This document shows, one piece after another, positions 58,237 to 64,000 of a DNA stretch of 64,000 nt; positions within the stretch are counted from its first letter, which is position 1, and the number at the start of each line of letters is the position of its first letter. The position numbers and the translations under genes were made by a program. The notes beneath the pieces are model-generated. The model was not told the origin of the DNA and did not search any database. It saw only the letters and a program-made list of their open reading frames with translations. The stretch is from an uncultured Actinomycetota bacterium (GTDB taxonomy: Bacteria; Actinomycetota; Actinomycetes; Propionibacteriales; Nocardioidaceae): assembly GCA_963695055.1 (NCBI GenBank), contig CAVOFS010000008.1:50236-114235 (forward strand). The letters run 5' to 3'.

Positions 58237-59394
58237 CTACGGGGACGCCGTCTCCGTAGGCGCGTCACTTGCTGAGTCACTGGGCGAGTCGTCGGGCTCG
58301 TCGTCCGAGGACGGGCTCTCCGTCGGCTCCGCCTGCAGGTCGGCGATGGCCTGCTCCAGGGCCGCCAGGGTCGCGGCGTCGACGGAGCCGGACGGCGGTA
58401 CGCCGAGCTCGGTCTGGAAGCTCTTGAGCGCCTCCGTCAGTGCCGGTGTCCACTCCCCGTCGATCGGGGCCGACCAGAAGCCCGCCAGGTGGAGAGTCTG
58501 CTGCACCGCCGCGGTGGTGGCGACCGACTGTGCCTCCGCCGCGCCTCCCACGCCGGCCAGCTCGGACTCCAGCGCCGCCGCGGTGGCCTTGTCCATCGCC
58601 CCTGTCACGGGGAGACCATGCTTCTTCTGGAGGGCCTGGACGGCATCGACCGTGTCCGGGCCGTACACGCCGTCCACGGTCCCGCTGTAGTAGCCCACGA
58701 GGGTGAGCGACTGCTGCAGCATGGTCGTGTAGTCGCTCACGGCCGCCGTGGCCTGGGTCTGCTGCTCGTCGGTCAGGCAGCCGACGTCGGCGAGCAGCCG
58801 GAGCCACGACATCTCGAGCGCTACCGCAGCCGCGTTGAGCTGCTCCGACGCTTGCGCCAGTGGTGTGTCGTCGGTGATCCCGCCGACCGCCGAGTCCAGG
58901 TCGGACTGCGCCTGCTCGACCCGGGTGAGGGACGCGGGTGGCGCCGACGGCACGAGCTGGGTCGCCTTGCTCGTCGGCGTCGGCTTCGGGCTGGTCCCCT
59001 TCGTCGTCGCGAGCGCGGTCTTCGCGTCCGCGAGGTCCTGCTCGGCAGCCGTCACGGCATCCCGAGCAGCCACCGCTGCGTCCGCGCTCTTCGCCACGTC
59101 GGAGGCCGGGGCAGCGAGGTCGGTCCCGGCGTCACGCACGTCGCCGACCGTGACCTCCCGGGTGGTCAGCACACCGCCGTACCGGTTCACCGCGACGAGG
59201 TAGTCGGAACCCTGGCCGCAGAAGTCGTCGGCCGCCGCGGTGGCCGCCTCCTTCGCCGACGCCAGGTCGTCGACCGCCTTGTCCACCCGCGCCTGCGCGG
59301 CTCGTCCGTCAGCATCTCCACCATCGGAGCTGCAACCCGACACGGCCAAGCACGCGCAGGCGACGACCGCCAGGCGGAGCCTGAAGTCTTTCAC
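58237..59394 (-). CDS. Lipoprotein with peptidoglycan-binding domains
   Basis: Lipobox VSGC; two PG_binding_1 motifs (VDGVYGPDT..AV.ALQ, IDGEW...L..FQ). Confidence 0.85.
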   Translation of the reverse strand: MKDFRLRLAVVACACLAVSGCSSDGGDADGRAAQARVDKAVDDLASAKEAATAAADDFCGQGSDYLVAVNRYGGVLTTREVTVGDVRDAGTDLAAPASDVAKSADAAVAARDAVTAAEQDLADAKTALATTKGTSPKPTPTSKATQLVPSAPPASLTRVEQAQSDLDSAVGGITDDTPLAQASEQLNAAAVALEMSWLRLLADVGCLTDEQQTQATAAVSDYTTMLQQSLTLVGYYSGTVDGVYGPDTVDAVQALQKKHGLPVTGAMDKATAAALESELAGVGGAAEAQSVATTAAVQQTLHLAGFWSAPIDGEWTPALTEALKSFQTELGVPPSGSVDAATLAALEQAIADLQAEPTESPSSDDEPDDSPSDSASDAPTETASP

Positions 59395-59406
59395 TGAGCT
59401 GCGTCG

Positions 59407-59721
59407 TCAGCCGGCGAGCAGCTTGGCCTTCTGAACGTCGAACTCCGCGTCGGTCAGGATTCCCTGGTCGCGCAGCGACCCGAGCTTCTGGAGCTGCTCG
59501 ATCAGGTCGTCAGGGTCTGTCGCGGCGGGGGCGGGCGGCGGAGGAGGAGCCGCGTAGACCACCTGCTGCTGGGGTGGCTGCTGGTACTGCTGCTCCTGGT
59601 AGGCCTGGGCATCCGACTGCGTCTGCCACCGCCCGGCCTGCCGCCGTGACACCCGGTTCGACACCGCGGTCGCGGTGCCCGCGACGACGGCGGTACGTGC
59701 CATTCCACCAATGAGTCCCAT
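59407..59721 (-). CDS. SHOCT domain protein
   Basis: ARTAVVAGTATAVSNRVSRRQ; L.KLG.LRDQGILTDAEF..QKAKLL. Confidence 0.88.
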   Translation of the reverse strand: MGLIGGMARTAVVAGTATAVSNRVSRRQAGRWQTQSDAQAYQEQQYQQPPQQQVVYAAPPPPPAPAATDPDDLIEQLQKLGSLRDQGILTDAEFDVQKAKLLAG

Positions 59722-59734
59722 GTTGTTCTTCCTC

Positions 59735-60175
59735 TCAGGCTTCCGCTGCCTCGAGCGCGTCGAGCGCTCCGAGCACATCTTCGACGGGGATCCGACCGCT
59801 CGCGATCACCTCGGCGCCGGCCTGGCGCATCGCAGTGACGAACGGTCCGGCCCAGGTGTTCTCGTACACGATGATGCCGACCGCGCTGCCGGGCTGGGCC
59901 AGGCGCGCGCTCTCGGCGAGGTCGTCCTCGTCGAGGAGGCCCGACTGGACGCCCTCGAAGACTGCCAGGTCGAGCTGGCCGTCACCATCGAGGTCGGCGA
60001 GCGTCACCACGGCGAAGCTCCCGTCCTGGGCGACGACGGCCACCATCAGGTCCAGGACCCGGATGATGCCGCGCTCGGTCAGGTCGACGAGCGCCGCCAA
60101 CCCTTCGCCTTCGAGCTTTGCGCCCGGGAACTCCAGGGCCAGGTAGTCGATCGGTGCTACGTCCAGCTGCGTCAT
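59735..60175 (-). CDS. DUF6325/DUF1269-like protein
   Basis: PIDYL.LEFPG, GIIRVLDL, YENTWA, SGRIP. Confidence 0.8.
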   Translation of the reverse strand: MTQLDVAPIDYLALEFPGAKLEGEGLAALVDLTERGIIRVLDLMVAVVAQDGSFAVVTLADLDGDGQLDLAVFEGVQSGLLDEDDLAESARLAQPGSAVGIIVYENTWAGPFVTAMRQAGAEVIASGRIPVEDVLGALDALEAAEA

Positions 60176-60373
60176 GCGGTTCTCCTCGGCAGGTGTTCCA
60201 GTGCGTCAAGCACACCATGTATACCGTGCTGGGCTGTCCGTTGACCCCCTGACCACGGCAACGAGCTCGACGGATGTCGCGTCTCACTCCCGCCCTGCTG
60301 GGACGGCACTACCCTGCTGCACACCAGAATAGAGCGACCGAGAGCACTGACCCAGGCGAGTGGAGCGGACCCG

Positions 60374-63118
60374 ATGAGCGCGAACGACACCTCGAGCACG
60401 GCGACCGCCGTGGCTGACCGCTTCGACCCTGTCTCCGCCTCGGTGGAGGCCGTCGCGTCGGAGCTCCAGGTCGACCCTGCGCGCGGACTCTCGGCCGAGG
60501 AGGCACGGTCGCGGCTCGCCTCCCACGGTCCCAACAAGCTCGCCGGGGGCAAGCAGGAGCCAGCCTGGCGGGCGTTCCTGCGGCAGTACGAGGACTTCAT
60601 GCAGCTGGTGCTGCTGGGCGCCGCGCTGGTCAACCAGCTGGTCACCCAGGACACGGGGACCACGGTGATCCTGGCCGGGCTCACGGTGTTCAACGCGGTC
60701 ATCGGGCTGCGCCAGGAGTCCAAGGCGGAGGAGAGCGTCAAGGCCCTCTCCCAGATGATGAAGACGATCGCACGAGTACGCCGAGACGGCCAGGCCGTCG
60801 AGATCGATGCCGAGGAGCTCGTGCCGGGCGACATCGTGCTCGTCGAGGCCGGCAACAGGGTGCCCGCCGACGGCAGGGTGTCACTCGCGGCAACGCTCGA
60901 GATCGAGGAGGCCGCCCTCACCGGCGAGAGCCTCCCGGTCGGCAAGAGCAATGACCCGGTGCTCGGCGAGGACATCCCGCTGGGCGACCGCCTCTGCATG
61001 GTCTACATGAACACCTCCGTCACCCGAGGGCGCGGAGAGCTGATCGTGACCTCGACCGGGATGGGCACCGAGATCGGTCACATCGCGGACATGCTGGCCA
61101 ACACCGAGACCAGCAAGACGCCGCTGCAGAAGCAGCTCGACTCGCTGTCGAAGATCATCGCCTCGATCGCGGCCGTGGCCCTGGTCGTGGTGGTCCTGCT
61201 CGGTCTGGCCGCTGGCGAGTCGTTCGACACGCTCTTCATCACCGGTGTCGCGCTCGCCGTCGCCGCGATCCCGACCGGTCTCCCGGCCGTCGTGACCGCC
61301 CTGCTCTCGATGGGCACCCGCGAGATCGCTCGTCGCAACGCCATCGTGAAGCGGCTGCCCGCCGTCGAGACCTTGGGGTCGACCTCGGCGATCTGCTCCG
61401 ACAAGACCGGCACCCTGACCCTCAACAAGATGACCGCGCGTGAGCTGGTGATTCCCGGCCACAACCGCTACACCATCACCGGCGAGGGCTACAGCATCGC
61501 CGGAGAGATCAAGCACGTGGGCGGACAGCGGCACGACCTGGACCCCTACCTGCTGCCGATGGTGCTCTGCGCTGACGCGGTGCTCGACGGCGAGGCGTTG
61601 ATCGGCGACCCGACCGAGGGCGCCCTGATCGTGCTCGGCGCGAAGGGCGGCCTCGACATCAACGAGACCCGGGTCGCGCTCCCCCGGGTCGCCGAGGTGC
61701 CGTTCGACTCCGACTACAAGTTCATGGCCACCTTCCACGAGATGACCGCAGATGACGGACGCCCGGTCGTGCGTTGCTACGTCAAGGGCGCACCCGACGT
61801 ACTGATCGCGCGCTCGACCGATCTGCGCAACCCGGACGGCACCCTGCTCCCGCTCACCGACGAGAACCGTCACCTCGCCCTCGATGCCAACGACCAGATC
61901 GCCAACGCCGGCGAGCGGGTCATGGTCGTCGCCCAGCGCGACTTCGAGTCCTCGACCTTCGACCCGGGCGGCGACCTGATCGGGCTCGTGCAGGGGCTGA
62001 CCCTGCTGGCGATGGTCGGCATCGTCGATCCGCCACGCCCCGAGGCGAAGGTCGCGATCGCCGAGTGCCACGAGGCCGGCATCCGGGTGCGGATGATCAC
62101 CGGAGACCACGCCACCACCGCGGCCGCCATCGCCACCGAGCTCGGCATCGAGGGCCGGGCGATCACCGGGACCGAGTTCGCCGCGATGAGCGATGAGCAG
62201 CTGCTCTCCCAGCTCGACGAGATCGGGGTGGTGGCCCGCGTCGCACCGGAGGACAAGGTCCGCCTGGTCCGCCTCCTGAAGGAGAAGGGCAACGTCGTCG
62301 CGATGACCGGCGACGGCGTCAACGACGCCCCCGCGCTGAAGACCGCCGACATCGGCGTCGCGATGGGCATCACCGGCACCGAGGTCTCCAAGGAGGCCGC
62401 GGTGATGATCCTCACCGACGACAACTTCGCCACGATCGTCGGTGCCGTGTCCTACGGCCGCACCCTGTACGACAACCTGCTGAAGTACCTCCGCTTCCAG
62501 ATGTCCACCCTGGTCGCCTACATCGCGATCTTCATCGGCGCCGGCATCTTCGGCATCGCGAACGGTGCACCGCTCAACCCACTCCAGATCCTGTGGTTGA
62601 ACATGGTGATCGACATCCCGCTGGCCATCGCCCTCGGGTTCGACCAGCCGGCCCGCGGCCTGATGTCCCGTCCACCCCGGCCGGTGGGTGCTCCCGTGCT
62701 CTCCCGCAGCAACTGGATCCGGCTGTGCATCCAGGGTGCGGTGATGACGATCGGCGCTCTGGTCGCCTACCAGATCGGTGACGACCAGGGAGGTGCGGTC
62801 GTGGCAGCGACGATGTTGCTGACCTGCCTGTCGGTCTTCCACCTCTTCGGCGCGCTGCTGAGCCGGGACCAGGTCGGGACCATCTTCGACCGCGACACGT
62901 TCCCAGGCGTCCTCCAGCTGCGCCGGTACGCCCTCGCGGTCATCGCCATCGTCGCGATCACTGCCCTCGACTTCTTGGAGCGCCTCTTCGGCACCACTGG
63001 GTTGAGCTTCAACCAGTGGGCGATCTGCATCGGCATCGCAACCTCGATCGTCCTGGTCGAGGAGGTCATCAAGCTCGTGCTGCGACACCGCGCTGGCCCT
63101 GGAGCGCTAGTCTCCTGA
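60374..63118 (+). CDS. P-type cation-transporting ATPase (type IIA-like)
   Basis: TGES, DKTGTLT, KGAP, DPPR, TGD, GDGVNDAP. Confidence 0.95.
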   Translation: MSANDTSSTATAVADRFDPVSASVEAVASELQVDPARGLSAEEARSRLASHGPNKLAGGKQEPAWRAFLRQYEDFMQLVLLGAALVNQLVTQDTGTTVILAGLTVFNAVIGLRQESKAEESVKALSQMMKTIARVRRDGQAVEIDAEELVPGDIVLVEAGNRVPADGRVSLAATLEIEEAALTGESLPVGKSNDPVLGEDIPLGDRLCMVYMNTSVTRGRGELIVTSTGMGTEIGHIADMLANTETSKTPLQKQLDSLSKIIASIAAVALVVVVLLGLAAGESFDTLFITGVALAVAAIPTGLPAVVTALLSMGTREIARRNAIVKRLPAVETLGSTSAICSDKTGTLTLNKMTARELVIPGHNRYTITGEGYSIAGEIKHVGGQRHDLDPYLLPMVLCADAVLDGEALIGDPTEGALIVLGAKGGLDINETRVALPRVAEVPFDSDYKFMATFHEMTADDGRPVVRCYVKGAPDVLIARSTDLRNPDGTLLPLTDENRHLALDANDQIANAGERVMVVAQRDFESSTFDPGGDLIGLVQGLTLLAMVGIVDPPRPEAKVAIAECHEAGIRVRMITGDHATTAAAIATELGIEGRAITGTEFAAMSDEQLLSQLDEIGVVARVAPEDKVRLVRLLKEKGNVVAMTGDGVNDAPALKTADIGVAMGITGTEVSKEAAVMILTDDNFATIVGAVSYGRTLYDNLLKYLRFQMSTLVAYIAIFIGAGIFGIANGAPLNPLQILWLNMVIDIPLAIALGFDQPARGLMSRPPRPVGAPVLSRSNWIRLCIQGAVMTIGALVAYQIGDDQGGAVVAATMLLTCLSVFHLFGALLSRDQVGTIFDRDTFPGVLQLRRYALAVIAIVAITALDFLERLFGTTGLSFNQWAICIGIATSIVLVEEVIKLVLRHRAGPGALVS

Positions 63119-63169
63119 GGTGTCGGGCCTCACCCGCAGCTCGACAGGACTTCGGCAGGAGACTGGTGC

Positions 63170-63970
63170 ATGAGCGAGACCCCGACGTACGACGCTGACC
63201 GGCTCGCCCAGCTGCTGGAGATCCTCCCGGGCGCAGACGCCATCGAGCTGAAGCTCTCCATTCCCCAGGTGGAGCAACGGACGGTGCTGGATCGTCTGGG
63301 GATCGACTCCCTGGATGCGGAGATCCGACAGGTCGCCTTCCTGGACACGCCCGACCTGCGACTCTCTGCGGCCGGCGTCGTCCTTCGCGCGCGAAGGACC
63401 CAGCGCAAACCAGCCGACCTGACCGTCAAGCTCCGCCCGATGCTTCCCGCTGACGTGCCCGCGGGGCTCCGCGGCCACAAGGGGTTCAAGGTCGAGGTGG
63501 ACGCCTCACCGTCCGGTTACACGTCCTCCTGCTCCCTGAGTGCCGAGGTCCCTGACCACAAGATCAAGGACCTGATGACCGGCAACCGCCGAGTGTCCAG
63601 GCTGCTCAGCGACGCGCAGCGCCCGATGCTGCTCGACCGGATGCCTGAGGGGCTCGACGTGGACGAGCTGCAGGTCCTCGGTCCGGTGCACCTGCTCAAG
63701 TGCAAGTTCGCACCGGGGGGCGACCGCACCAAGAAGATGGTCGCCGAGTTCTGGTTGCTTCCCGACGGTGGCCGAATCCTCGAGATCTCGACCAAGAGCC
63801 CCACCGAGCAGGCGTTCCGGGCTGCCGCCGAGGCCAAGGTGTTCTTGGCGCAGCACGGCGCCGACCTCGGCGCACCTCAGGAGATGAAGACCCAGTCCGT
63901 CCTGGCCACCTTCGCTGCGCTCGTCGCCGACGCGGCCCCGCCAGCTGAACCGATGAGGAGAGATTCGTGA
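63170..63970 (+). CDS. CYTH-like domain protein
   Basis: IELKL, FLDTPDLRL...GVVLRAR, VKLRP, ILEISTK. Confidence 0.7.
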   Translation: MSETPTYDADRLAQLLEILPGADAIELKLSIPQVEQRTVLDRLGIDSLDAEIRQVAFLDTPDLRLSAAGVVLRARRTQRKPADLTVKLRPMLPADVPAGLRGHKGFKVEVDASPSGYTSSCSLSAEVPDHKIKDLMTGNRRVSRLLSDAQRPMLLDRMPEGLDVDELQVLGPVHLLKCKFAPGGDRTKKMVAEFWLLPDGGRILEISTKSPTEQAFRAAAEAKVFLAQHGADLGAPQEMKTQSVLATFAALVADAAPPAEPMRRDS

Positions 63971-64000
63971 CGACGTTCACCGTCTGGAAGTACGAGGACG
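63967..64000 (+). CDS. 5' end of a probable DUF1269-family protein (partial)
   Basis: GAGGAG RBS, GTGA overlap, MTTFTVWKYED. Confidence 0.45.
   Translation, partial: MTTFTVWKYED

Overview
High-GC actinobacterial chromosome segment. Gene content and order suggest Nocardioidaceae (inference). The core backbone runs mostly on the minus strand: era, CBS/hemolysin, ybeY, phoH, HIT, rsmE, dnaJ, hrcA (CIRCE), hemW, the LexA-boxed imuA'-imuB-dnaE2 cassette, lepA, rpsT, holA, comEC, comEA, degV and leuS (Leu attenuator). Accessory blocks are interspersed. Many genes, including essential ones (leuS, lepA, dnaJ), are split by single-base indels. These are most likely long-read consensus errors, so many CDS limits below are reconstructed by joining frames. 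The best candidate for an undescribed system lies between hrcA and hemW. It pairs a 57-aa peptide carrying three D-[D/S]-V-x-G-H repeats with a nearby divergent module: a cytoplasmic GAF-S8 protease on one side, and an MFS-cNMP-binding fusion plus a Crp/Fnr regulator on the other, behind mirror-symmetric promoters. Also present are a 10-methyl fatty acid gene pair, an ECF sigma with tandem Gmad2-like genes, a copper monooxygenase-like lipoprotein, two REP-like palindrome families, two gene remnants, and an uncharacterised SHOCT/DUF6325/P-type ATPase/CYTH cluster. Family assignments come from motif recognition only; no searches were run.
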